Of a DNA stretch of 32,000 nucleotides, positions 1 through 8,440 are shown piece by piece. Origin of the DNA: Pyrobaculum aerophilum str. IM2. Lineage in GTDB: Archaea; Thermoproteota; Thermoprotei; Thermoproteales; Thermoproteaceae. Numbering within the stretch: position 1 is the stretch's first letter; each line of letters begins with the position of its first letter. The DNA lies in the NCBI RefSeq assembly GCF_000007225.1, contig NC_003364.1:540001-572000 (forward strand), given 5' to 3'. The position numbers and the translations under genes were made by a program. The notes under the pieces were generated by a model. That model was not told the DNA's origin and ran no database searches. It saw only the letters and a list, made by a program, of their open reading frames with translations.

Positions 1-2
1 TA

Positions 3-887
3 GGGGTTGGGGGCGAGGTCTTTCGCCACCTCCAGATAAACAGCAAGATTTTGGCTCTTCACGCTTCTGTTTTACACGAGGCTGTGTACGTAAGAATAAG
101 GGGACGCGTTGAGCCTCTGATTATAAAGCTTGCGGCCTTTGAGAGGGGTTTCCACATAGCTAGCCATGTAGTCCTAGACGTTGAGGAGTCGGCGGAGGGC
201 TCTGTGATTATCTACGTTGAAAGCGGCGAGGGGGTAATGCACACAGCAGTTGTGGAGGGGGAGGTTAAGGGCTCCGTGGAGTACGTTTTAATATCCAGGG
301 GATCGGGGCCGCAGTACGTCCACTCGTCGCTGGCAGTGGCCAAGTCCGTGGCCGCAAGGCCTCTGGCGCTAGGCGGGGTTATGAACGCCGTAAGGGAGGA
401 GTACATAATTGGCGAGAGGGCATCCGCCGAGGTGATAGGGCTGGAGCTGGGGCTAGGGGAGAGCAGAATTGACCACGTAGTTTCTGTAATTAACGACGCG
501 CCGGAGGGTCGGGGCTACGCGAGGCTTTATGCAGTGGCGGCTGACAAGTCCTTTGTATCTCAAAGGGCTGTGGGGAGGATAACTAAAAGGGGCGTTAGGA
601 GTGAGAGCTCGGTAGAGGGCGTTGTGTATATAGCTGGGGAGGGCGCGGTCGCCAATACGCAGCCGGTAATATTAGTGGAGACAGGCGACGTGATGGGCGC
701 GAGGCACTCCGCAGCTGATGCCGCCTTAGACGAGGATAAGGAGTTTTTCCTAAGGTCCAGGGGCGTTAGGAGGGAGTATCTGTCGCAGTTGTTAATGTTA
801 AGCCTGGCCGACCAATACCTCTCTTCTCTTACTGAAAGCTCCAGGGGCTTTGTAGAGGCGGTGTTGAGATCCTTGGCGATTTTCTAG
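3..887 (+). CDS. sufD: Fe-S cluster assembly protein, SufD/SufB family (5' partial; frame stays open to the left window edge)
   Basis: The C-terminal motif ARHSAADAALDEDKEFFLRSRGV matches the SufB/SufD signature (HGATvGqlDeeqLFYLrSRGi). No stop occurs in frame between position 3 and the TTG at 51, so the gene probably starts upstream of the window. Confidence 0.6.
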   Translation, partial: GVGGEVFRHLQINSKILALHASVLHEAVYVRIRGRVEPLIIKLAAFERGFHIASHVVLDVEESAEGSVIIYVESGEGVMHTAVVEGEVKGSVEYVLISRGSGPQYVHSSLAVAKSVAARPLALGGVMNAVREEYIIGERASAEVIGLELGLGESRIDHVVSVINDAPEGRGYARLYAVAADKSFVSQRAVGRITKRGVRSESSVEGVVYIAGEGAVANTQPVILVETGDVMGARHSAADAALDEDKEFFLRSRGVRREYLSQLLMLSLADQYLSSLTESSRGFVEAVLRSLAIF

Positions 888-2125
888 CCAATCCACTCCA
901 CGTCGTGGGGCGAGAAAAAGCCGGCAATTGCCGCGTCTAGCCCGGGAGGCTTGAGGAGATGTCTCCACTCCCCAGGCCTGGGCAAGAGAGTTCTCCTCGC
1001 CGAGTGGTCGTAAAGCCACTTTATTTGAATATGTCTAAACCTAGTGCCGCATTTGCGACACCTCCACCCCCTGCCAGTGCTCTCGAGAGAGCCCCCGCAG
1101 TATGGACACCTGGTCTTTACTCTCACATATCTGCCGAGGACGTGGGCCCGCTCTACGTAGAGGTAGAGGCCCCCCGCCCGCGGCTTCAGCCCGCCGTAGA
1201 GAACCACGTCGCACATTACGCACTTCTCCAGTTCAGTCGCCAGCTTTCCCAAGTGTCGGTACGCGACGAATACAAGCCCGTTGTCCAGCCTCCCCACGAC
1301 GTGTCTTCCTCTTATCCTCTTGGCCTCAATTACAACGCCCCTAATCTTGTAGTAAGAGTAGGGCGTTGGCTCGTTAAAAAACACGCCGTCTTCAATATGC
1401 GCGTCTACCGCTTGATTCGTCCTATATATCACCCACCCCGCGGGCCTATACCCGTGGCTCTCAAGGATGGACTTCGCGTACAAGAGGTGTTGTGGAGTTA
1501 TGCCTCTGATGCCGTAGTAAACAGGGTCGGGCCCCTTGGGCTCAATTAACACGCGCCTGCCGTCTAAGTTGTGAAATGTAAAAGGGAAGGTAAACGCCTC
1601 TATTAATTTCACAAGGCTTGGGGGTATGGGCCTCCTCTCCCCTCCTCTGTAGGCGAGAAGCTCAAAGGTTGATTTAGTGAGATCGGCCCCCACCGCCGCC
1701 ACGGCGCCTATAATGCCCCTCCCTCCCCATATTAACAAGCCGGCCCTCTGAGCCGCCGATTTGCTGACCACTTGAGTCAAGGCTATTTTATACAAAAGAC
1801 GCGCCTTCCATGGAATTTCGCCAACGGCCATTGCCACGCCGGGGTCGGTCTTGCCCTCGCGCCTTGCGTTGTTTTCAACAACGTCAATAGCCAGCTTCCA
1901 GAGCTCCTCCACGTCGCCCTCCGGCACGTTAAGCGCCAGCGACACCGCGGCGTTTCCCCTGGTCTTAAAAGGCACATTTGGATTCAGCCTAACTAAGCGG
2001 GGGAAGTCGGCAAAAGCCCCAGGGCCCCACTTCCTCAAAACTTCTCTTGCCAGTAAATACCCTACGTAAGTAGTACAGCCCCCGCTGTGGCTGTCTGTGT
2101 CGTCAATGCCTAGATAAACTCTCAT
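884..2125 (-). CDS. tiaS: tRNA(Ile2) 2-agmatinylcytidine synthetase TiaS
   Basis: The N-terminus MRVYLGIDDTDSHSGGCTTY is the TiaS/DUF1743 signature. The C-terminus has a zinc ribbon (CPYCGGSLESTGRGWRCRKCG). Length is 413 aa. Confidence 0.85.
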   Translation of the reverse strand: MRVYLGIDDTDSHSGGCTTYVGYLLAREVLRKWGPGAFADFPRLVRLNPNVPFKTRGNAAVSLALNVPEGDVEELWKLAIDVVENNARREGKTDPGVAMAVGEIPWKARLLYKIALTQVVSKSAAQRAGLLIWGGRGIIGAVAAVGADLTKSTFELLAYRGGERRPIPPSLVKLIEAFTFPFTFHNLDGRRVLIEPKGPDPVYYGIRGITPQHLLYAKSILESHGYRPAGWVIYRTNQAVDAHIEDGVFFNEPTPYSYYKIRGVVIEAKRIRGRHVVGRLDNGLVFVAYRHLGKLATELEKCVMCDVVLYGGLKPRAGGLYLYVERAHVLGRYVRVKTRCPYCGGSLESTGRGWRCRKCGTRFRHIQIKWLYDHSARRTLLPRPGEWRHLLKPPGLDAAIAGFFSPHDVEWIG

Positions 2126-2931
2126 TTATAGGGTGAGTACCACTGATCTCTCAGAGAGGGCCTCACTACGCTAGACGTCCGCCCGACCCACCTCTCCCCC
2201 TTGGCGGCGGCATCGGCAATTAGCTTGACGTCTAAAGGCAGAGAGGGGCCGTAGTGCGCCAGCGTGTCGTTTGGCGTAACTACGAATTCCCGGTCTCTTA
2301 AAAATTCCGTCTCTCTCTCCACGTAGGCCTTGCCCCTGGCCTCGTATACCACAAAACTAGCCCTTTCTATTATCTCTTTCGGCGGCTTTTCGAAATGTCT
2401 AAAGACGCAGGGTAGCCCCCTCAGGTACCTCAGCCCCGCCTTAGTTAACGCATCTGCAACGTAGGAGTTGCTACACGCGACGTCGTAAACGCCGAGGTTT
2501 ATAATTGCCACTACGTCTTCATAAAAGGGGTGGCCTTTAAACAAATCGCGGTAAATGCCGGCGAGCCTGTCCCCCTCTTCGTCTTTATCGAAAATTCTCG
2601 CGAAAAATCTAAATACAGCAACAGCGGCGTCTAAATTAGGAGGCGTCGGGACGGCCGCTACGGCCTTGGCTATTTGTGACGCTACGTCTAATAAATGGGC
2701 TTGCACTGGGTAGTAAAGTATTATAAGATCGGGCGAAATCCTCTTAAGGTCCTCAGTCCTGAGATCTGTAAAGGTGCCGACAATTGGGACTTTCATTAAC
2801 TCGGCCGGTCTGTAACTAAAAGCGTCGCGCCCAGCGATTTCTACGCCGAGTAGCGCCAGAAATTCATTCACCGAGGGGTTGAGGCTGACAACCACGCGGG
2901 GCACCCCATCTAACCCGCCTTTTAACAACAC
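2122..2931 (-). CDS. Periplasmic-binding-protein type 2 (BtuF/FhuD-like) domain protein without a signal peptide
   Basis: PRVVVSLNPSVNEFLALLGVEIAGRD...ISPDLIILYYP fits the Peripla_BP_2 pattern (rivsL.ps.tE.l.aLG...kPDLvi). There is no N-terminal hydrophobic segment. A 4-nt ATGA overlap with tiaS suggests co-transcription. Confidence 0.6.
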   Translation of the reverse strand: MLLKGGLDGVPRVVVSLNPSVNEFLALLGVEIAGRDAFSYRPAELMKVPIVGTFTDLRTEDLKRISPDLIILYYPVQAHLLDVASQIAKAVAAVPTPPNLDAAVAVFRFFARIFDKDEEGDRLAGIYRDLFKGHPFYEDVVAIINLGVYDVACSNSYVADALTKAGLRYLRGLPCVFRHFEKPPKEIIERASFVVYEARGKAYVERETEFLRDREFVVTPNDTLAHYGPSLPLDVKLIADAAAKGERWVGRTSSVVRPSLRDQWYSPYK

Positions 2932-2949
2932 GCGGCATACAACAATAAG

Positions 2950-2957
2950 TTTAAAAA
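2950..2957 (+). promoter_or_regulatory. TATA-box-like element (tttaaaaa) upstream of the structured RNA
   Basis: An AT-rich octamer lies about 20-25 nt upstream of the first G of the terminal helix at 2976. Confidence 0.4.
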
Positions 2958-2975
2958 TTTAGTAACAGTTTAAAT

Positions 2976-3182
2976 GGGGCGCCGAGGGGACGGGGGGAGC
3001 CCGGAGACGGGCCCCTTCTGGAACCTCCCGCACCGCCCGCGGAGGCTCTCGGCGGGCCGCCGAAAGGCGGGGGTAAAAACCAGCCGGGGGCGCGGCCCCC
3101 AAGCAGGGCCTGTGAGGCCGCGGCGAGGCCCGGGTAGGGGGTGAGATAGATACCGAACAGAAGCGGGGGTACGCGGCGCCCC
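2976..3182 (+). ncRNA. rnpB: Candidate RNase P RNA, minimal (type T-like, specificity-domain-less) form
   Basis: A terminal helix forms between GGGGCGCCG (2976-2984) and CGGCGCCCC (3174-3182), 9/9 bp. A CR-I-like GGAACCUCCCGC sits at 3020-3031. The J2/4-like ACAGAA at 3157-3162 is followed by GCGGGGG (3163-3169), which pairs with CUCCCGC (3025-3031) as a P4-like pseudoknot of 7 bp including one G-U. There is a P3-like hairpin with a GAGA loop (2995-3015), a GAAA-loop hairpin (3057-3070), and further GC hairpins at 3086-3100 and 3107-3119. The layout parallels E. coli M1 ...GAGGAAAGUCCGGGC...ACAGAACCCGGCUUA. No covariance search was possible. Confidence 0.65.
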
Positions 3183-3245
3183 AATTACGGTAAAAGCCTG
3201 GCGGCGTAAAACGATTTCATTGAGATTTGCGTAGCTAATTCGGCG

Positions 3246-3527
3246 TTAACCTTTCCACAAGCCTATTGCCAGCCCGATTAAAAAGGCCAACGATGAGTAT
3301 GGCACTACTTCTTTAATCTTGGCGGCGTAGGCGAGGGCTTGGTTTGCGGCGTAGCCTAATTGTTGTAAAAACGCCGTCACTTGTTGAGGGGAGAGATAGC
3401 CCAAGGCGGCCATTACGATAATCAAGGCAATTAATAAAAGCCCGACGGAAAGTATCCTCTTCACTAATGCTCCCACTAAAACCCCTATTATGAAGGGGGC
3501 TACAAACGCCGCTATTTGCTCTAACAC
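3246..3527 (-). CDS. Small hydrophobic membrane protein (about 3 TM segments), unknown function
   Basis: The 93-aa ORF is almost entirely hydrophobic helices. It has a GTG start with a TATA-like cttataaag about 25 nt upstream on the same strand. Confidence 0.5.
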   Translation of the reverse strand: MLEQIAAFVAPFIIGVLVGALVKRILSVGLLLIALIIVMAALGYLSPQQVTAFLQQLGYAANQALAYAAKIKEVVPYSSLAFLIGLAIGLWKG

Positions 3528-3743
3528 GTTTAGCAGGTAACGGGACTTTATAAGCTTTTATAGAGTCCTCGCTTTAAAACGCGGGCTGGGGAGTTTTGTT
3601 TAAAAGTAAGGGGCTGGCCCGCGTATTGAGGGCTTTTCTGCTGGGCTGCACGCTCCTCAGACAGCTTAGCACAGGTGGTAGGATTCTTGCGTCGGTTTCC
3701 CTAAGTGGAAGAGTATATATAGTGATACCGATTTTAAAACACT

Positions 3744-4376
3744 GTGACGTTTAAATGCGAGCCAGGCTGTGCCCTTTGTTGTAAGGCCAGCCCCGTGACG
3801 GTATTGCCGCACGAAGTTTATATTCTCCAAAAATATGCAGAGAAGCTAGGCGTCGGGGTGGTTTTCACTCCTGCCTACAAAGTCGTGGATTTAAAATCGG
3901 GGGTTAGAATCGCCTTGTCGTATTTAATGCACTTAGATGAAAGCGGCGCGTGTCCTTTTCTCAACGGAACAAGGTGTATGATCCACGATCTCTACAAGCC
4001 CCTGACGTGTCGGTCCTTTCCATATCTGCCCAAAGTCATACGCTACGAGCTGAACCCAGCCGCTCGCGAGGTTCACATAGACGTGAAATTCGTCATGTCC
4101 ACTCTCTGCCCTGTGGTGCGCCGCGATCTCACCGCGGCAGATGTGGCAAAAATGTCCAGTGTGAAAATAGCCGTTAAATACGCGCCCCGCGAGGTAGAGG
4201 TGGCCGTGAAGACACTAGAGAAGCGGTATCTCTACGCGAAGATTTTATCTGAGCTGTGGCGGAGGGGCGATGTGGAGTTAGACGAAGAGGGGAGACATCC
4301 GTTCTACCCGGTGATAAACGGCTTTGCCTTTATACGCCGCTTTTACCCAGAGCTGACTCTAGATAAACTCCTATAG
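3744..4376 (+). CDS. YkgJ/UPF0153-family cysteine-cluster (putative Fe-S/zinc) protein
   Basis: The N-terminal CEPGCALCC motif plus later Cys residues (CPF...C...C) is typical of the CxxCxxCC YkgJ family. A tatatata box at 3714-3721 is centred about 27 nt before the GTG. Confidence 0.55.
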   Translation: MTFKCEPGCALCCKASPVTVLPHEVYILQKYAEKLGVGVVFTPAYKVVDLKSGVRIALSYLMHLDESGACPFLNGTRCMIHDLYKPLTCRSFPYLPKVIRYELNPAAREVHIDVKFVMSTLCPVVRRDLTAADVAKMSSVKIAVKYAPREVEVAVKTLEKRYLYAKILSELWRRGDVELDEEGRHPFYPVINGFAFIRRFYPELTLDKLL

Positions 4377-5315
4377 TAGCCTGTCTGCGAGAAGTTTTTC
4401 AAAGTCAACTACCGTCTTCCCATCGACTTCTACAGGCTGTAGCGCCGGCGGCAGAGTTCTGTAATTGGGATCGTATATGCTCTCGTACCGCTCTTCAAAT
4501 GTGGGCACGAGTTCATTTTTATAGAATATGCCTAGGGGCAGTCTGTCCCGCTCTACTATTTTGTCCAACGCCTTACGTATCTTTATCTCTGTCTCCTTTT
4601 CGTCGTGCACTACGGGATCCCAAGTGGGGTCGGCCTCTTCAATCTTGTATATTTTCTTTTCATACCACTCCCGCGTCATTACGTTGTTATAAGTCACGCA
4701 TGGGCTGTATATTTGCACAAAGGCCGCGCCTTTGTGTCTAATAGCCTCGACTATAAGACGCGTGGCGTATTTAATGTCGTATGAGTAGCCCCTTGCGATA
4801 AAGGTAAATCCAGCCGTGAGGGCGAGGAGTAGCGGGTTGATCTCGCCTTGCGGATTTGCCTTAGGTATCGCTTTGACTTTAATGCCTGCCGGGAGAGTGG
4901 GGCCCGCCTGGCCTCTAGTCAACCCGTAAACTGAGTTGTCCATTAGTATGACGGCCATATCAACATTCCTCCGGCCTAGGTGGAGGAGGTGGTTGCCGCC
5001 AATTGCCATTAAGTCACCGTCGCCGCCTACTACTAATACTTCTAGAGACGGATTTGCCAGCTTTATCCCCAAGGCATATGGTATAGCCCTGCCGTGTATT
5101 GCGTGGACGCTAGTAGTCCGGACAAAGTGCGGCAGGCGCGAAGAGCACCCAATCCCTGACACTAAAACCACCTTAGCCGGGTCGAGGTTTAGCTCAGCGA
5201 AGGCGTTGTATATGGCTTGTAAAACGCCGAAATGGCCACAACCAGGGCACCACTCGGGGGCTTTAACCCATCTGTAATCGGCTGCTGATCTTTTAATAGT
5301 TGTTTGCATGTTCAT
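4371..5315 (-). CDS. 2-oxoacid:ferredoxin oxidoreductase, beta (TPP-binding) subunit
   Basis: Contains the CPGCGHFGVLQAIYNAF motif and the GGDGD TPP-binding region. Length is 314 aa. A 4-nt overlap joins it to the upstream alpha subunit gene. Confidence 0.9.
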   Translation of the reverse strand: MNMQTTIKRSAADYRWVKAPEWCPGCGHFGVLQAIYNAFAELNLDPAKVVLVSGIGCSSRLPHFVRTTSVHAIHGRAIPYALGIKLANPSLEVLVVGGDGDLMAIGGNHLLHLGRRNVDMAVILMDNSVYGLTRGQAGPTLPAGIKVKAIPKANPQGEINPLLLALTAGFTFIARGYSYDIKYATRLIVEAIRHKGAAFVQIYSPCVTYNNVMTREWYEKKIYKIEEADPTWDPVVHDEKETEIKIRKALDKIVERDRLPLGIFYKNELVPTFEERYESIYDPNYRTLPPALQPVEVDGKTVVDFEKLLADRLL

Positions 5316-7213
5316 AAGTCCGTATCTATTTTAATAACTTTTTCTCCAGCCTCAAATTTCCTGTAGGCGTCGAGTACGTCATCTGTTGTGATCGGCCGGC
5401 CGTTATACTTAACCGCAATCGAAGTCGGCTCTATCCCTGCGAACATACGAGTTATCATCGCCAGCTGTCCTAAGTAGTTATTCTCGACGAACATAGTCTC
5501 CTTGCTCTCTAAGTGTTTCTTTACCAAATCAGCGGGGAATGGGTAGAGCATTTTTATATAGAGAAAGCCGACGTCTCTTAACTCGTTGAGAGCCGTGAGA
5601 ATGGCCGGCTTTGTCGATCCCCAGCCCACAATTATTCGTTTGGCATCCCTTGGCCCGTAGTATATAATCTTCTCATCTGGCGGTATTTCCCTCTCTATTA
5701 ACTTAAGTTTCGCCATTCTGCGTTCAAACATCTCTCTCACTACCACGGGGTCTTCCTCGGGATCGCCCTCTGGGTCGTGCTCTAGGCTGTTGAGGTGGAA
5801 TATGGCGTTGGAAACCCCTGGCAATAACCTCGGCGGTATTACCTTGTTAAGGGGATAGGCCTCTGCCTCCCTCGTCTGCGGGTATATGACTGGCTCGACT
5901 GTTTCTATCTTGACCTTTGCGGGATCCGGCAGGGGCATTACGGCGAAGGTATTGGAGAGGTTTTTGTCCAGTAGGTGTATGACAGGGACTCTGAACTTCT
6001 CAGCCCAGTTGGCCACCCGGATATTGTCTAAAAATACCTCTTCTAAGTCGCCGCTGGCGTATACAATTTTGGGGTATTCGCCGTGGCCTATGAAAAGCGA
6101 GAATAAGAGGTCTTGTTGCGCCTGTCTCGTGGCCTGGCCAGTGCTCGGCCCCGATCGCATCCACAGAGTCACCACAAGCCCCACTTCCATCATGCCCGCC
6201 ATTGACAGCGCCTCGGCCATGAGACTGAAGCCAGGACCTGAGGTTGTTGTGGCGGCTCTGGCTCCAGCTATGGCGCCTCCAGTGGCAATGGCCACGGCTG
6301 CTAGCTCGTCCTCCGCCTGAAACGCAACTGCGCCTATTTTTTCATACTTTGCCAACTCCCCCGCGTTTTTAGATATGGGGTAGGGTATAAGCCGCTCAAA
6401 TGTCATTGCGTCGTCAGTGGCCGGGGTAATTGGGTAGTAGGACACGAACCTTATGCCTCCCACTATTTTGCCGTATGCAGAAGCCTCGTTGCCGTTCCAA
6501 AACACTCTCTTCACGTCTGGCTCTCTGGGCTTCAACGTGGCGATTCTCTTCTCCACCAGCTTCATGGCCTCTATGGCGACTTTTTTATTCTGCTCAATTA
6601 CATCCGCCTTTTTTCCTAAGGCAAAGCCAACACCTCTTGCCACATACTCCTCGCTGAGCCCCAGAAGCGCCGCGCCGAGGGCGACTACAAAAGTATTTAC
6701 AAACCTTGCGAGCATTACAGGCGAAGTTACTCCGATTTTTCTTCCAATTTCAGTGATGTGTTTATTATAAGGCAGGCCTATCACCTCAACGCCTCTCTGT
6801 CTCAAATAATCGACATACCCCTTGACTGTGGGCTCAAATCCGTTCTCCTTTGCGAATTTTTTCAACCTCTCAGCCAGCGCTTTAGACATCATTGTGTAGT
6901 TGTCGGGCGTCTTGGAGTCCTCCTCCGAGTTGTAAATTAGGTAACTGCCTTTTTTCAAGTGGAAGACGTGTTCTAAAACGGCGTGTCCGTCGAACATTAA
7001 AGCGAGTTCTACTGAATTTCCCGGCGCCGGGGCGGGCCAGCTTTCTGAAATAGTGCCTACCACATAGCTGTGCCGCCCCCCGGCTATATTGCTCCAGAAC
7101 TCCCTCCTTGCGTATACATAATAGCCGGCGCTCCCGACGCCGTAGATAAACATAAACGAAGCAGTCTCTACACCTCTGCCTTGGGGACCTCCTATTAAGA
7201 AACTAATGTTCAT
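5312..7213 (-). CDS. 2-oxoacid:ferredoxin oxidoreductase, alpha subunit (fused gamma-alpha type)
   Basis: The 633-aa protein has an N-terminal gamma-like domain (GGPQGRGVETAS) followed by an alpha domain (YYPITPATD, TTTSGPGFSLM). This is the same two-subunit architecture as the Sulfolobus-type OFOR. Confidence 0.9.
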   Translation of the reverse strand: MNISFLIGGPQGRGVETASFMFIYGVGSAGYYVYARREFWSNIAGGRHSYVVGTISESWPAPAPGNSVELALMFDGHAVLEHVFHLKKGSYLIYNSEEDSKTPDNYTMMSKALAERLKKFAKENGFEPTVKGYVDYLRQRGVEVIGLPYNKHITEIGRKIGVTSPVMLARFVNTFVVALGAALLGLSEEYVARGVGFALGKKADVIEQNKKVAIEAMKLVEKRIATLKPREPDVKRVFWNGNEASAYGKIVGGIRFVSYYPITPATDDAMTFERLIPYPISKNAGELAKYEKIGAVAFQAEDELAAVAIATGGAIAGARAATTTSGPGFSLMAEALSMAGMMEVGLVVTLWMRSGPSTGQATRQAQQDLLFSLFIGHGEYPKIVYASGDLEEVFLDNIRVANWAEKFRVPVIHLLDKNLSNTFAVMPLPDPAKVKIETVEPVIYPQTREAEAYPLNKVIPPRLLPGVSNAIFHLNSLEHDPEGDPEEDPVVVREMFERRMAKLKLIEREIPPDEKIIYYGPRDAKRIIVGWGSTKPAILTALNELRDVGFLYIKMLYPFPADLVKKHLESKETMFVENNYLGQLAMITRMFAGIEPTSIAVKYNGRPITTDDVLDAYRKFEAGEKVIKIDTDL

Positions 7214-7326
7214 TAAATTTAAATGTGTTATTCCTATTTATATTTTTTGTAAGATTTTTCGTTAAAAAACTATAATGAAAACTCCAGCACTGTAGAATTA
7301 AACTTCCGTATTTATATATATAGATT

Positions 7327-7626
7327 TTAGCATTTGACGTATATAATATTACCAAGTTGGCTCATTTCCAGCGGCGCTAGAAATTCCGCCTCTTCGTCCG
7401 AGACGCCCTCAACTACGGTGTATTGAAAACCTATAAGATCCGGCGCGTATACAAGGCCGTATTTTAAAGCCTCTATTAAATCCGCAAGCTCTAGCGAAAG
7501 CCTCTTCACAGCTATGTAACGCGTATTTAAATATTTGTATAATTGGCACGGCCCGTAAATATAGAGTACATTTCCAGTCAGCCTCGGGATTACGCTCAGC
7601 GCTTTTTCAACGCCTAGGATGTCCAT
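7327..7626 (-). CDS. Hypothetical protein (99 aa)
   Basis: The ORF has an ATG start and overlaps the 3' end of the marC fragment by 13 nt on the same strand. I recognise no motif. Confidence 0.4.
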   Translation of the reverse strand: MDILGVEKALSVIPRLTGNVLYIYGPCQLYKYLNTRYIAVKRLSLELADLIEALKYGLVYAPDLIGFQYTVVEGVSDEEAEFLAPLEMSQLGNIIYVKC

Positions 7627-8206
7627 TTCACAACCTGGTTTCTTACCCCCGTGAGAATCATCTCGGTAGCCACGGAGGCTATTATCAGAGACATAAACCT
7701 TCCGAGTAGCCTCAGCGGAGTGGCGCCGATGTATTTCACTACTCTAATGCCCAATAAAAGCGTGACGGCCACTGCCGTAGACGCCGCAAGCGCCGTGGCT
7801 AAAGCCGTCAAAGGGCCGTGCACAGAGGACATGACAATTAGCGCGGTGATAGTGCCAGGCCCTACAATTAGAGGCGTGGCTAAGGGGACAATTGCCTGTT
7901 CTTCCGTGACTTCTATCCTCCCTACATACGAGCCGGAGATTAACGTCATTAGGGAAATGGCCATTAAGACCGTTCCCCAGCTATTCTGAAACTGTCTAAA
8001 CTCACTCCAAATGCTGCCAAGATAAGCCCTCCGCTGAGGGCGAAGATTAAGGAGAGGATATACACAGCAATAATTACGACCACCGTTATTTTCCTCACAT
8101 ACGTCGGCTTCTCCACTGCCAGCGGTCCCACTATAGCTAGCTTTCCAATTGGGTTCATAATGGCGTATAATTGACCCACGAGGCCGAGGAATTCGAGAGG
8201 CGTCAC
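7614..8206 (-). pseudogene. marC: MarC/UPF0056-family membrane protein interrupted by a single frameshift
   Basis: The upstream piece has the MarC N-terminal signature (LYAIMNPIG) and ends ...SFRIAGERS*. The downstream piece continues with MarC-like TM helices. Adding one G to the coding-strand G4 run (plus-strand C4 at 7975-7978) gives SFRIAGGTVLMAISLMTL, matching the FRIAGG consensus. The probable true start is the GTG at 8206, with ccttaaata about 25 nt upstream. Confidence 0.7.
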
Positions 8207-8440
8207 AGAGGAATCCCTGGGGGAGTATTTAAGGTTTAAGATCGTCGCTGGCCTCCCAGGCCGGTGTTCTTTTCGTTGCCCCGGCATTGCCCCCGTAGTG
8301 CATTTCGCCCTAAGTGTTCTAGACACGTTTTTATTATTCCTCCGTGTTGTTGGGCGTGGCGTATAGAAAAAAGGGGGATCAGAAATAGAATTTCGTCACA
8401 ACTCCGCCCTCACGCGCCACATCACAATTAGTGCAGTTAC

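Noticed and set aside
959-1549. Numerous 60-196-aa ORFs antisense to or overlapping the large genes (e.g. 959-1549+, 5886-6320+, 8739-9077+, 13369-13743-, 14532-14942-, 20671-21129-, 23830-24204-, 26764-27258+, 28412-28789+)
   Set aside because: These are shadow ORFs typical of GC-rich coding DNA. Their translations are Ser/Pro/Arg/Ala-rich without motifs, and each is fully contained in a confidently assigned gene on the other strand or frame.
2976-3182. Alternative identity of the structured RNA as SRP (7S) RNA
   Set aside because: Archaeal SRP RNA is about 300 nt with a characteristic helix 5/6/8 layout. This element is about 207 nt and shows the RNase P-specific GGAA...ACAGAA/P4 pseudoknot arrangement. 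I cannot exclude SRP RNA formally without a covariance search.
2951-3184. A 77-aa minus-strand ORF (Gly/Pro/Arg/Ala-rich, MGRRVPPLLFG...)
   Set aside because: Its composition is what a GC-rich structured RNA gene gives when read antisense. It has no promoter or start context. The interval is better explained by the RNase P RNA candidate on the plus strand.
7960-7985. Programmed -1 ribosomal frameshifting as the explanation for the split marC
   Set aside because: The site (A GCU GGG GAA) is not a canonical X XXY YYZ slippery heptamer, and I see no obvious downstream stimulatory structure. A homopolymer length change, whether mutation or base-calling error, is the simpler explanation. Transcriptional slippage remains possible.
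8207-8326. N-terminal extension of the marC upstream ORF (MSRTLRAKCTTGAMPGQRKEHRPGRPATILNLKYSPRDSS)
   Set aside because: It is a basic, low-complexity sequence that includes the probable TATA box (ccttaaata). MarC homology begins right after the in-frame GTG at 8206.
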